From: Paecilomyces variotii
Lineage: Eukaryota
NCBI GenBank assembly: GCA_004022145.1
Contig: RCNU01000001.1
Length of the DNA stretch: 64,000 bases
Reading direction: 5' to 3' (one strand)
Position numbers and translations under genes: made by a program
Part shown: positions 25,563 to 40,043 of the stretch, piece by piece
Position numbering within the stretch: the stretch's first letter is position 1
How the letters are laid out: the number at the start of each line of letters is the position of its first letter
Notes under the pieces: model-generated
The model's database searches: none
What the model saw: the letters and a program-made list of their open reading frames with translations, nothing else
What the model was told of the DNA's origin: nothing

Positions 25563-27085
25563 ATGTGGAAAAAGGCTTTCAGCCGCCCACGGGAACCAGT
25601 TATTGGAAGTCCCAAACTCATAGGAACGACTCTGAATCAACAGAGTCTGAAGGCTATGCCGCGCATTCCGGGAGCTTTGCATGATAACTCGACCAACAAG
25701 AGCCTGAAGAGTCTTCCGCCACTACCAGTGTAAGTCATAACTGGGAAAGGGGAAAAATAAGTGGCTTGGTGTAAGCTGACATCCTGACTAGTGAGGAGGA
25801 GGATCCAGATGCATGGACGCCCTATCCCGATCATCCCGCATACAGGAACTACGACTCCGAAGACCTGGAGAGGGATGTGGCAGGGCATCATTCGCGCCAG
25901 CAGTCCGCTTATAGCGATATACGCTATTCCAGTGGATATTCCGAGGCAAATGGAACACCAGAGATCTCACCTCCCGATTCTCCTGCCCAGGGAGCCGCCA
26001 ACCAGAGACGACCAGATTCTGACGTATCCTCTCTGGAAGAGGAAGCAAGACAGCCGGTGGAGTCTCCGCAGAAGGGAACCAGGTTCAGTAGTCAAATACC
26101 TATCCTGCGCAAGACGGCAAGACAAGCGCCGGAAAAGACAAAGTCGGATATCTACGCGGGAGGCGCCATGGCGAGGGAGATTGGCAATTCCGAACAAGCG
26201 TCTCCGGCGATGCATCACCACAGCTTCTTTGGAAGAAACAAGGATCCAAACCGAGCGGCGGAGAAACGCAATGATCACCAGAAGGATAGCAAGCCAACGG
26301 ACCGTCACTTCTCGGCTAGTCTTGGATTCGAACCACGCACAGTCACTACTATTACAAGCGGGGGAATGCCCAAGAAGCTCAAGAAAACCCATGTGCCTTT
26401 TAAGTCCGATAAACAGAAGACACAAACTGCCGGGGGAGGGTTGGAAGCCCAGGCTTCTAGTAGCCGCCTCCCTGACCCTCCTGCGAAGTCCCCTGATAAG
26501 CATCTCAGTGAAGGATCTCCTAGCCCGTTCAGGACAGATAATAATGCGGTTACCAAGTCAGCCATCGCCCCAACACCAATGATGGCCAGAGACGTCGTGA
26601 CTCCACCAGTGACCGGTACGAGCAACACGCGACCTGTCTCTGAAATGCCCTCTTCAGTGATGGGAAGACGCCGCCCGGTTCCCAGTTCGGCAGCCTCCAT
26701 CAAGAGCACAACCAGGAAACCAACACCTTCTGAATTCCAGGCGGACAAATACAAGTCTTTGCCGATGGCTCCCATTGAAGTCAAATATCAAAGTCGCATC
26801 GACATGCTGGAGGCAAAGCGAGAAGAGCTTAAGCGCCGTCGCATTAGCATCAACGCTATCATCCACGAATTGACCCAGGCTGTGCAACCGACTTCCACTG
26901 TGTATGATCTAGCCGCGAGAAATGAAATCAAGAAGACTGTCTCCAGTCTCAACGATGAGCTCGCCGAGATCAACAAGGAGGAGCACGACCTTGGTTTGAA
27001 GATCCTACGAGCTTGGAAGAAACGCGACGAGGAATGCGTCTATGAAAGTGGGTCGAGCTTATGGGTCAAACGTATGACTAGTTGA
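25563..27085 (+). CDS. Hypothetical protein: disordered N-terminus and C-terminal coiled coil (2 exons)
   Basis: ATG 25563, intron 25730-25791 (GTAAGT..CTGAC..TAG) joins in frame to the 402-aa ORF; heptad-like C-terminus ending SSLWVKRMTS; KSLPP and KSLPM motifs. Confidence 0.78.
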
Positions 27086-27769
27086 AGCTCGGCCTTTCTA
27101 TATTTATTCCCAGCGATGCGACCACTATTTTTCTTTATCTCTGTCCATATTCATTTTCATGTTGGCTGGGCCATCATCTGTCCTGCAAACCACTGCCAGT
27201 CGGTACATATTTGTCCATTGATTGGTGATTATTATGTTCCTGTCCTTGATGTCGTTGTGTCATGTCTTTCCTAGCGTGCTTAGCATCTTCTTCCCGCGCA
27301 TGATATCCTCATTGCTTCTCGCGATACCCACTCTCCATCAACGTTCCTTCGGTTAGATAGCACTCCAGACTCCAGCTACGTCCTTCTTGCGCTCCTTTCC
27401 CACCTTAGATATAGATAATGTCTACGAGTTAGTCTACACTTGACCAGTTAGTATATATATATAGACCTGATACAGTTATGCGTGAAACCTAGCGACGCAG
27501 AAATGCCACAGATGCGTGACATCTGATGTCGCAGGTATATATAGCATAAAATATATTATCCATGCGCATTTGACTCGCTCGGGTAAGTGACTGATCCGAT
27601 GAAAACGCCGAATGATGTACATGAAGCTCGTTGATATCTCATAATTCCCTTTTTTCTTATCGCCCCGCAAATGATAGCCATCTTCCGCACGAACTAGAAC
27701 GTCCCAAGTCTCATCGTCGGTGCTCGGATAGTGTGCGTGCGGTCGGGATGTGTGATGTGGTAAAGAAAT

Positions 27770-28135
27770 TTATTTCTTGCCGGATTTCTTGATACCCTGG
27801 GTTCCAATATTCAGGGGACCCTTGCCCTTGGCCTTTTCCATCAGTTCCTTCTTGGCCTTGGCCTCTGTGCGTAGACAAGATCTGTCAGTGAAAATGCCCA
27901 GAAAGACTCGAGAATGAACCTCTTGCAATAGATAAAGAGGGTGTTCCTCCACTTACCAGCCTTCTGCTTCTCTCTGAACGCGATTTCATCTTCGTCCAGT
28001 TCCTTCTGCTGCTTCTTGGGAGCCTTGAGGGGCTTGGCCTTGCCGCCTGCATTTGGAGAAATGAGTCAGTATGGATGATATGTAGACAGTAGCTAGTAGA
28101 GAGATTCCCTTACCTTCTCTGGAACCACCACCCAT
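27770..28135 (-). CDS. TMA7: Translation machinery-associated protein 7 (3 exons)
   Basis: Spliced [68 protein letters not shown]. Confidence 0.95.
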
Positions 28136-28694
28136 TGTGATCGAGATCGTCCAGGCACCGATGATCGAATAAAAGCTGTGAGGACAGAGATTCGCCCGGA
28201 GGAAGCAGAAAAAATGGAGCAGAGAACTTGCTTATCAGAAGAAGATCAGTTTCCTCTTTTCCCATTTTTGCCCCTCCCTTTTCTTTCCGTCTGCGCTAGT
28301 GCCAGATCGGGCCAAGCGCAAAATCTCTAATCGGACACCGCCAACTTCGGTCCATTGCGTTTACTTCACCTCCAGCCGAACTAACGAGCTTCTCGACACG
28401 TCCGGACGACCAGCTCAATTCACGCGGTTCGAGTCGTCTCTAGCGCGTGATACCTCCTTGCTATCCAGGAAGAGAGCTTGGTACGGCATCCGATGTATGC
28501 AGGACGATAAGTGCTGTCCCGGTAGCGGAGCAAAAGGCAGACATCTCTAGCCGGTTGGAACTTCTTCATACCACCCAGCCCCATTAGTCGTTGCGATCTG
28601 CTGCTAACCGTGCACGCTGTTTTCTTCTTTCGACTACAAAGCTCCAGCAAGGGCCATATTATCTTCTGCATCGACTGTCTAGACCATCGCCGTC

Positions 28695-31263
28695 ATGGAT
28701 TCTCACAGGTCGAGGTCTCCATCGACCCCTTCCGAGGGTGAGATCATCGAATCAGGTTCGGAGACGAAGGCAACTACGTCGCAAACTTCTCTTAATGGCA
28801 CCAGCGTTGACCGTCCCACCAGACCATCTTTATCATCGGCGCCCAGATCTCCTGCCTCACTGACCCGGTCGCCGCGCCCACGGAGATCGAGGACGAGATC
28901 GAGGTCGAGAACGCGCTCGCGCTCCCCTTCCTCGCCCTATCGCGATTTCAGAGGGGAGAAGCGTAGACGTGACGATGATTTTTATGACGACAGGCGCGTC
29001 CGGCATGCACCTCCTCCCCCTCCTCCGCGACGGTACGAGTCGAGATACGACGACAGATACTACGATGACCGGTCGTACGATCGAGGTTACCGCGACCGAC
29101 GCCGCAGGCCTTACCATGACTACGATCGAGAGCAAGGATACGGTGGCAGCCTGCGATACACCGACGATTATGACAGGCCTCGGGACAAGCGCCACAGAAC
29201 GCGTAGCCGGTCACCGTATCGAGACGTGAGGAAGCCGAAGCAGTATTCCGGTGACGAAATGGAACCGAGGAAAAATGATTTTTCGGTCCGACAGGCCGGG
29301 GGAAGGAGGGATTCTACTGAACAGTCAGTGAGCGAACGGGGCAAGACCCCAGTCGTCGCTCAAGAATCTGGAAAAGAGGCTGAAACTCGAGAGAATCAGG
29401 TGCAGCAGCAGGATTCTACCGATGCTCGTCCCCGTAAAGTGACTATGTATGTTTGCCTGCATTTTTATTTTCAGATGGAATTTGGCTGACTGTTTGCCTC
29501 CAGTGTTGATGCTCCAGCTACGGAAAAGACTCACGAAGAGCCAGAGCCGCAATTATCCGAGCCAACAGATGAGGCTGCTCGTCTAGAAGAACGCCGGAGA
29601 CGGCGTGAAGCTATTAAAGCTAAGTATAGAAGTCAGGCGACTCCTTTGCAGCTTCAGGCACTGCGTATTGGGGCTGAAACAGATCCCTCAACTCCGAGTA
29701 CGGAAAGTGCCAGCCAAGTGGCGTCTGGTAGGTTTTGGTCGGCCCCCTTACATTTAGGGGTGCAGTTACTAATGTGCGATTATAGTTTCCCCGCAATTGT
29801 CGTCGTCGGTGACACCAAATGAGACTAGGGCTCCGTCTCCTGAGATTAATCTCTCGAAGGATGAGAACTTGGCCAACGGAGTCGTTCCCACTGACGGCGT
29901 GGATGGAGATGACCCTTCTGCCGCCGATTACGATCCAACCGTTGATATGAGAGAGGAGAAGCAGCGACATGATCAAAGGCATTTCGGTGACGAAGTTTCC
30001 TCTACCGCCTACGATGAGACTAGAACCGCAAAACAGGACGTGCTCATGCCTGATGCTCCCGGTGCGGTGCCACCACCAGCTGCACCGGTAAAAGAGAGAG
30101 ACCCTTTTGACATGTTTGCCGAGGACGACGATGATATGTTCGCTGAAGAGTCTCAAGAGACTTCGCGGCCTGTACATGCCACTGCAACCGCCGTTCCGCA
30201 GCCTCAAGAGCTGGACATGAGCATGATGGACAATTGGGATGACCCAGAAGGCTATTATAATGTGAGGTTGGGTGAGTTAATCAACGGCCGATATCACATC
30301 CAGCAGAATCTTGGAAAGGGTATGTTTTCATCAGTGGTACGTGCGACAGATTCAAAGACAGGGAAGCTTGTTGCCATCAAGATTATCCGCAACAATGACA
30401 CCATGAAAAAGGCGGGTATGAAGGAGATCGCAATCTTGGAGCAGCTCCAGGCTGCGGATCCAGACGACAAGAAGCACATTATCAGGTTTGAGAGGTACTT
30501 TGATCACAAGGGCCATTTGTGTATGGTGTTTGAGAACCTCAGCATGAACCTTCGCGAAGTTCTGAAGAAGTTCGGACGAGACGTTGGTCTCAACTTGCGG
30601 GCGATCCGAGCCTATGCTCAGCAGATGTTCCTTGGGTTGAGTCTGCTTCGCAAATGCGGCATTCTCCATGCGGATCTGAAGCCTGATAATCTGTTGGTGA
30701 ATGAACACCGGAACGTGCTGAAAGTGTGCGACTTGGGATCAGCATCGCCAGCCACCGAGAACGAGATCACTCCGTATCTCGTGAGTCGATTCTACCGAGC
30801 ACCTGAGATCATCCTTGGTATGCCGTACGATTACTCTATCGACGTGTGGTCGATCGGTTGTACCTTGTATGAATTGTACACCGGCAAGATTCTCTTTACT
30901 GGGCGCAACAACAACCAGATGCTGCGGTCCATCATGGAGTGCCGTGGAAAGATCCCTCCTAAGCTGCTGCGAAGAGGCAGTCTTACCCACCTTCACTTTG
31001 ACGATCTTCTAAACTTTAGAAGCGAAGAGCAAGACAAGACAACTGGACGAATTGTCACCAAAATCCTTGACTTTAAGAAGCCAACGCGCGACCTGAAAAC
31101 GCGGCTGATGGGAAAGGACACGCGGGGACTCGGGGATGCAGAAGCGAAAGAACTTGCGCATTTTGTGGATCTGCTGGATCGGTGCTTGAATATCAATCCA
31201 GAGAGACGATGCACTCCGATGGAGGCACTCAAACACCCATTCATCGCGCGGCCCAAGAATTAA
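28695..31263 (+). CDS. PRP4: Prp4 (PRPF4B-type) splicing Ser/Thr kinase (3 exons)
   Basis: RS/RD-rich N-terminus, DNWDDPEGYY, GKGMFSSV, HADLKPDN, DLGSA, TPYLVSRFYRAPE; introns 29447-29503 and 29729-29785. Confidence 0.95.
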
Positions 31264-32273
31264 CTTATTTACTCTGATAGACATAGTTGACGTGCACGAC
31301 TCTCGAGTGGTTATTTAGAGGAGCTTCTTCAGCTCTATCCATGTATATCGGCCTTGGACGCTATGGTGTCGTGTTATATCATTCGATCTTAGATCTGTCT
31401 TAGGATGGCATGCAGTTGACAATAACTGTAAATACTTAATTATACCATGACCCTTTCATTTTCACTTGGCAAGACGGCTACGGCGGATTTGTATCTAATT
31501 TTGCCGTCCAGTCGAGAAAATAGATTACCAGAAGAATGATCCAGTCATTTCTGTCCCGGTATATGGATATGTCTTGTAGGACACATTGCAGATATCATAG
31601 AGTATAAAATTCGATATAAGGGGAACTGATTGATCAATATCTGTTATATAGAGACAGAAATATAACTATCAATCACCAGAAGACAAGAAATGGAGACACG
31701 CATAGGATTTGTTAAAACAACAAAAAGAGAACACTCGAAACCAGATAGATCATCGCCACCAGACATCCAAGTTTTGCCATCAACCTGTTATGTTTGTTAA
31801 CGTAACATAGGATGTATCTTATTGTTATTGCATCATCGTTGAACCGTTATCAACTTCTGGCTAACTACCGTATATTCGTCTTCAATTGAATTACAGCGCA
31901 GGCATCATCGATACCCTTAAATGATAAATAGAATCTGATAATCCAGAGTATTTCAAAAAATAATAATCATCATCTACAATAGCAATCCATTCCTGAAATA
32001 TCTTCTATCAAAACGCTCAAAAGTTCCGTTCCCGGCGACGTCAGCGCGGGCCCTAGCGTGGGCGCCTAAGAAAGCCTGTTTGGTTGACAGCCATGATTCC
32101 CATCAAGATATCATCACACTATTTCTCCCTATTCTGGCTGGAAAAAGCAAAAGGTTCTTTTTTTAAAGGGGTATCGAACCATGCATTCCCGCATACCCCG
32201 GAGTAGTAATACTACATAAGGACATGGCTGTTGATGCGAGAAGATATACAACGACAGCAATCAGACATCTCAG

Positions 32274-33845
32274 ATGCCTTTGAGTAAACGGGCATTTCGC
32301 CCCGAGCGCGAGCCGCTGCGGGATTATGCTGATCTCGAACTACAGCGCTCTCATATCAATGCGCCCTTTTCGTTTCTGAACCCTACTCATGCGGTCTTCA
32401 AACCAACGGAGAAGTACGCCTTGGAAGGCGAGACTGAGAGAAAGAGACCCGAAGGCGAAGAGGAAACGATCGAGCAAGATCGCAAGAAACAACAACAACA
32501 ACCACCACGCGCTGAAGCCGACCAGATCCAGTACCTGTGGCGATCTCGCGATAACCGCAAGGGCCGACATGCCTTGCAGGTACGATATCATGATGAGAAA
32601 GATCCAACAACGAAGCCACGCTATCAGGCTCCGCGGAAGACGAACGAATTCCGCTCCGTGCTCCAGGGCATCTGGCGCATGTTCAGTGTGTTTCCCTATT
32701 GGAACGTCTCGTACCTGGTCGCGGTCGTCTTTACCCTCGGATCCGTGATCTGGGTGATCAACGCCTTCTTCGTCTGGCTACCGCTGGAAGATCCCAGCTC
32801 TGCATTCCCCAATGAGTCCCTGACGGCCGGTGGCGTGACGGCTTTTATCGGCGCGACCACCTTCGAAATCGGCAGCGTGCTCCTGATGCTCGAGGCCGTC
32901 AACGAGAACACCGCGGGTTGTTTCGGCTGGGCCTTGGAACAGGTGCTCCGGGAAGAGACCGCAGAGGCGATTACCGTCGTCAAGCCCGCATCTGAGGACA
33001 AATGCCGTCATCATCACGCGGACCGGCGTGTTTTCGTGGGCAGCGGACGGCGCAGAGGACACTCTTCGTGGACGACCGTCGATGCCGCCGGGGATAGGAC
33101 ATTCACCTGGTTTCCGTCCTGGACGGAATTGAAGACGCATTATCTGCATGAACTTGGCTTTCTCGCCTCCCTGGCGCAGCTGATCGGGGCTACTATCTTC
33201 TGGATTGCTGGCTTCACGGGCCTTCCGGGCATTATTAACCATATGAGTCAACGCGTCACGAATGGCGTTTACTGGGTGCCGCAGATTGTTGGCGGTTCTC
33301 TCTTCATTACCAGCGGGTATGTCGCGGACAAAGCCATATACTAAATACCACGCTCAATGATATCAACGAAAGTACATATGTACATAACTAACTAACTTTA
33401 AATCTCCACTCCAGTCTCCTCTTCACCATCGAAACACAAAAGAAATGGTACATCCCCGCCCCCAACATCCTAGGTTGGCACATTGGCGCCTGGAACTTTG
33501 TCGGAGGGATTGGCTTTACGGTTCGTTCCTTAACCTCCCCCTCACCCCCCCCAAGGCCTAACCATGAAACCATATCATATCACATCATATCATATACAAA
33601 CTAACCTCCCCCCCCTCCAGCTATGCGGCGCTCTCGGTCCCGCGAGCGCCAACTCCGGTGTCGAGTACCAATCCACTCTCGCCACGTTCTGGGGTTCGTG
33701 GGCCTTCTTGATCGGTTCCGTGATCCAATGGTATGAATCGTTGGATAGACATCCTGTTGAAGAGAAGAAGGATAAGAATGATGGTGCAAGTGTTAGTTCT
33801 GATGAGATGGCGACGGAGGAACTTGCTGGGAAAGAGAGGGGTTGA
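32274..33845 (+). CDS. Fungal integral membrane protein of unknown function (3 exons)
   Basis: WRSRDNRKGRH motif; repeated TM motif (F-x-x-G-S / G-A-T-x-F); introns 33317-33414 and 33521-33620 keep the frame to TGA 33845. Confidence 0.85.
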
Positions 33846-36813
33846 GTATATTATAATTGTATATATGTATGTATGAATGAATGAATCATGAATGAATGAA
33901 TATATGAATATGTGGATGAGTTGATGGGTTGATGAATGGATTCACGTCGGCGATGATATTGTATAATATGAAGATATATACATATATCCATCTATCGGGA
34001 CCAGAATAACTGGATCCGCTCAATTTAGATTGCAACTATACTCCAAGCAGCGGAATATGAAGATTCATTTCCCCTCCCCTTCCTTCCTTTCTCTTTTTTT
34101 CTTATTTGAATGTTTAAGGTAGAGTGTATCTCTAACTATATATTACTTCCAAGACTCACGGTCCTCTTTTTAGTTAATATCTTCGTAAAATGACTGACTA
34201 ATAGCAAAAAATACGAATGTTATATAGCAGATATGTTCAAAAGAGATGATAGATACAGTACATGTAACTGATTTGGTCCCCCGGAAGAATTATTGCTCGG
34301 CCTGATTTACTTATTATCGGTGTTAATTCTTATTATTCATAGTATAGGTATATAGTCCTGGAATGCAAAGTTAAAAAAATCCAGTAAATCATGGGCTTCA
34401 ATATCATGATCAACGTCCAGAAACCCAGAGACTGATCAAATCCTGATTTTCATGTAGCCCGTTCACTAATGGGGAGATATCACTCCTATACACGTGTACA
34501 GTGGTAATATCAATGCGATGCCTGGGTCTAGAGCTGAGAAGGCCTTTTCTTTCTTTTTTGTTCTTTTCCATTCCCAGAGGTTAGGGAGATAGGTATTGGG
34601 AACTGGAAAACGAAAGCAGAAAACTATGCATTAGGAGCTGCTTTTACGTACTGTGATGCATGGTATGTGCATGTGTATATATGCAGTAGGTATGAATATT
34701 GTATCTTGCCGGTTTGTTTATATGGGGGGGGGGATGCGCAGCGTGCAGAATAAAACTATATTCTTCTTCTGCAGAGTATGGCTGCAGTCAGTTCATTGAC
34801 CGTAAGCAGGTGGCCTGGCGGAGTCGGCTGTTAGATGAACGAATGATCAATTCCTCGACTTGGCCCAGTTATGGTAGAAGAACGTTAATCTCAGCCCAAT
34901 ACCATGCTCATGGAAAGCGGAAACACCCAATTGGTCGCTTGATATCAGGTACTCATCTCCCAGATGGATGTATTTATGTACATGGGCATGTACAGGACTT
35001 TCATGTACGGAGGTCTTACTGTGGAGTTGATACATGTACACGTCCGTAGCTGGAAGTATAATCTCACGGTATAGTACTTCAGCAGGTACGTATCGGGCAG
35101 GCAGGTTACGTAGGTACCCAGCTGGGTCCGCCCTGACCAAGCCTCGCTAGCTGTTCTGCATCTCCAAGATCGTCTATTCCCCAATGCGCCGGGGAGGAGA
35201 CCGACAGATCGAACGAAAGAAAAAGGCTCGACTCGACCCCGACTTGGAGTCGGTGATCGATGCTAGTAGGTAAAGTGGAGAGCGCAGAGCTGCAGTCCAA
35301 AGTAGAAGAGAACAAACCGCAAGAGCAGGAGCTCCGATGGAGAGGAACGTAGCCGCTCGCGCTAGACTGAATTGAAACCGTAGACGGCCGATCCGACCTG
35401 AGGTTGGAGTTAAGTTTCGTTGTTCAGTGCAGATTGTTCACTGTCCACCGCCAGTCTGGCGGTGTGCCGTGTGCACATATCATGCTCTGTGCTCTCTCTC
35501 TGTATGTTCGCGGCTCCGTGTGTCGGCCAGTTCGTCGACACGTGTACTGGCCGCCGAAGATACTCTAGAGAGATTCTGGCTAGATTCAACGGCCACCTGG
35601 GCGTTTGTCTTTGTACTCGTCGAGTTGAAGATTCACTAGTGCGTTTTTTTCAACCCCATTGAGGATGCGCCTTGGACCGAAGAGGAAATCGAGATTCGAG
35701 ACTAATCACGAGTAGTGCATGTTTAATTCTCAGGCAGCGGGGGAGATGCATACCCAAACTAGTTGCTCCCCTCGACAAATTAGGTAGACACTATTTGTTT
35801 TGATCTTAACTGTCACCAGCGTGGCAGGAAGAGAAGAATGACAGCAAAGACAGATAGATCACTGGACGACTCGAATCAGGTGATCGGATGCGTATGCGCC
35901 TTCGATTTCATGGGATGTAAGTTGATTAGATAGTAAACCCACCAGATGTGGCAATCTATGGTACGAGACGTGGACGATTGACATTTTGACGTCGACAAAA
36001 GATCGCAGTAACATTTTCCATTGACCATTGGATCCAACTGGGGATAAGCCTACAGCGGTCAGGAGGTGCGTTTCTTTCCGGTTGCCCTGTAATGGTTGAT
36101 AGACACCTGCCACGCGATTAATTGACGCTCGAGCATAGACCTTCTACCGATGCGTTGATTAGACCAGACAGATAGAACAAAGGCGCCTTTGAAAGTATGC
36201 GCAAAGTCAATTTCGTTGTCAGGGCCAGCTGCAGGTGGTGAGTTTGTGATGTATCTTCCTCTATTGTTGTCACGGCGGTTAGCGATGTAAGACAATCCCG
36301 TTAGACTAGTGATCTCAGCGATCTTCGATGGAATGGGAGAACCCCTGGACAAGAACGCTATCTAGGGGCTGTCTGGAAGCGCTCAGCTGTGATCAGGGAT
36401 CAAAGAGGCTGCCTGTCTGTCGTCAAGTACGAGTCTATTATTGCGTGCCGAGTTACTGCAGGGAACACGGTGGAATCGATGTTCCGGGCGGCAAGACACT
36501 ACGAAGTCCATGTTGATACATCCCTTTCCTTCTAGATGGAGGCAGGAAGATGTCATCGGTGACTGCGAACCCTCGTACGGGACGCAGGATCGCTCCCCGT
36601 TCGTACTTTTTGTACTACCGCGCAGCAGATCAGTGGCACAGTGATGTCTTTAGCCTGGCATCTTTGCGAGTCGGTAACAGAGGCGGAGCAGCAACGTCAT
36701 GATCGGATAGAGCAGATACTCTCGCAAGCCGATCAGTAGGTCATATCCCAATAACGGGCATCATTTCTTTCGCCACGGTCTTCGAGACGCAGCTGAAGGC
36801 GAACTACTCACTA

Positions 36814-36829
36814 TACGGAGTACGGAGTA
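36814..36829. repeat. TACGGAG tandem (TACGGAGTACGGAGTA)
   Basis: Seen directly; I recall this motif as frequent in Pezizomycotina intergenic DNA. Confidence 0.6.
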
Positions 36830-39800
36830 GAGTACAAGCGACAGCCGTTCGCGTGTTTGGTTCCTCTTTTTTTTTTGCGGAGGGCGATTGACTACTCTAG
36901 TATCTCGAACCAGTCAGTAATTACTCTTCTCGCCTGGGGATTGCGCACTGGGCAGTTATTTTCCGAACGCCTCACGACTATCCACTTGGGATGACCCACC
37001 ATCAGCGCACTATTTGTGTGAGAATTTAGAAAGGAAGCGCCAGGGGCCGGGATCGATCTGCTGCCTGTCAGCTGAACGTCGAGCGCTCCCCTGAATTTCA
37101 GGAGGGCTCTATTGTGTATGAGATGTGACTAGAGTCGGAATGGATACTCTGGCTATCTGCCGGCAAGAAAGAAAGAAAAGGGAACCGATCTCAGTTAACG
37201 ATGCCGTACGGGCTTATCGACAGGGGGAATGCTCTATCGAAAGCGTCAGGATCATTACATCCGCAGCCGCCGGTCCACTCGCTTATTCTGTTGGATCATG
37301 GATGGAGGAACAATCTGTTCGAGAACAGAGAACAAGCCATCCGAGCGGAAAGGCTGGGGCACCGTGGGCCGTGCACGGCGCACGCACCAGAGTTACCAGA
37401 CAATAAGATATGGTCTATTCGGTAGAGGGACATTTACCCTGGCACTGTAGGTTGGTGTATCCGTTGCAAAGATCCTGTACTGGTGGATCCTGGTCGAATG
37501 CGAACTCCCTCGAAACGCAGCGCAGACGTGTTCGTGTGAGAGGCACAGCACCTCGGCCGTTCTGTGCCAGGTACATCCAGCCATGTCCGTGGACCGACCA
37601 GGCTGTGGAATGCACTTGAGACAGATTATGGTATTGCCGGACGATGCGAAACCTCGAGGCTGCGCCGTTTAGGACGTAACGTGGCAGGATGGGAGACAAA
37701 CCAATCAACTGCCACTGGGCATCAAGGGTTCAAGGGCCACAGCGGCCATTCCGTTCTTCTCGAACGCTGTGGGGAGCGAGCGAGTCCGCCTCACTTTGCC
37801 TGTCTGTCGTCCTGTCGTCCTGTCCAAGGTCAAGGCAGACCCGGCTAGATAGACAGGCTTTCCCACTGTCTCTCTGCGCCTCGCCGCATACGTCGATGGA
37901 CTGGTCCGATCGTCACACGGCCAGCGAGTCGGGTGCGACGAATCAGACCGCTAGGGACCCCACGGGCTGATACGAAGTATATCATCGATTAACCTGCCCC
38001 CCGGAAGGGGATGGGATGGGGTTGACCAGGATGAGGGTGACCGTGACGGTGATGATGATATGAAAAGAGAAAGAGAATAAACGATAGACCAACCAGGGTC
38101 ATCGCCACCCCGGCGTTGATGAAGTTCTTCATCCACACCGTCTAGGGTATATTATTAACTATCTACCATAGGTAGACCATTATTTGTTTCAACGGGGACG
38201 GACATGGGAATAATAATGAGTCGACGGTCGACTCAACAGCCATCGAACTAGCACCGTAGACTAGGGACCCTGACTGGACCATGAGCAGTGAGCACAAGAA
38301 TTCCCTTGTTTCTTGCCTGGTTGAATGCTCCCGATCGTCCTGAGGCTACGATTCGTTTCCCGACCTGTTGGTCCGGACCACAGGAAGGTCAGCGAAGCCA
38401 AGAGGGTTCGAAATGCGGACAAGCCGTCAGTTGTCTAGATGCTGAAGTCATCGAGTGCGAGTACAGTATAGAAAACGATGATAGAGTTTCCCATGTATGA
38501 AATCCACTTGAGTATGCGCATGGGGTGGCTTTGCTTTAGCTCGCCTCCCAGTCCCAGCCGTGCCGTGGAGACGGGGTCTGGACTGTGGGAGAGCGAACAC
38601 GAAGACGGAGAGGAGATTATTTTTAATTTGCCCGTGGAGACTCTGGTGCCTGGGAACTTGGAAGTTGGGAAGCGAGTGGACGCTATGGAACTAGAGCATC
38701 TAGTCATCGAGTCATCGACCAACTCTGGCACGCACGGCGATTTCTGCAGGTCAGGCGGCCGTCGTGGATGTGGCGTTGGAACTGGTCACATCCCAACGGC
38801 GGTTGGTGGCCTTGGGGGAAGTTGATTCTTGTTGGTGTTTTTCCTTCTTGTTGGTGTGTGGTGTGTGTTAGTTATGGATAGTTTCAATGGATAGTTTTAA
38901 TGGATAATGATGATAATGATTGATGAATCAACTAACTGACTGTGTTCGATTGGGGATGTTGATGGGGGTTGGAGAGGCTGGTTAGTTCCAATCCACACCG
39001 TTCGCAGCCGCCACGCACTTCTCCCTTCGATGCACGCGGCTGTGAGCCACTCGATAACAAAGCAAGATGGAGCAAGAATATTAATATTAATAGAAGACGG
39101 ACACCGACTCTTGCTTACCGCCACGCACTTTCCTCGCGCCACCGCCCAAAACCCCCCTCCGGCGTCGAGATCCGCCCTGTTGCTTGCTGGTTTCGCCCCC
39201 CGTCAAGTCAGTCTTGCTCCCTCTTTTCTAACTCACTAAACTACTCATCACTCATTCTTCTCTTCTTCCTCTCCATCCACTAAACTAAAACTCCTCTAAA
39301 CCAGTCCAGGCCTGCGACGGTTGAGGGCGCAGGCTGTGGACCGCCCCTTCTCCTCCTTTCTTTCCTATTTGTAGCCTGCGCGTCCTGCTCCACGCTGTGC
39401 TTCTGGGAGGATTCTTCTTCCTGCTGATGTCCATCATACTAAGCATCGAGGGTGCCCGACTTACTTCAACTCGCCCTCTTCTTCCTTTCTCCTTCTCTTC
39501 TCCACGCGACTCCTACAACATCCTTCTTTGCTCCCTCGATCCTCTCTCATCCTCCCCAGACTCTTGTCTGTCCCAACAGCGGGCGTGTCTTCGTACCCAT
39601 CCCCCCTCGAAGCCACCTCGTCTGTTCGCCCACCCTTTCCGTGTTTGTTAATTACGCCGTGAGAGGATCCGGAGTTTCTTGATAATAAATAATCTACCTT
39701 TGCTCCCGGAGAGGACTCGTCGACTGAGTGGTGATATCACATATATCAATCAGACCCATTGGACCAACAAAGAAGGACGCAGATCACATCCCAGAGGAAA

Positions 39801-40043
39801 AACCTACTATTACCACTGCTACTGCTACCACCGACTATCCTATTATTTATTTGGATTGCTGTACCAGGACTATTCTTCCGACTTGCCACGGACCCTTTAC
39901 CCGGAGTTTCCATCCACAGGAAAAGAAAAAGAGGCCCTTCCCGTCCCGGATTGGATCGTCTGGTTTCGCTTGGGTGACAGTTCATCATCCCACTTGCGCG
40001 CCTATTCCCCTTCCTCTTTTTTTTCCCCCTTCTCAACGCTAGC

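Noticed and set aside
38435-38825. Overlapping 98-aa and 115-aa ORFs in the gene-free tract
   Set aside because: No motif or splice support; lengths are expected by chance in GC-balanced DNA
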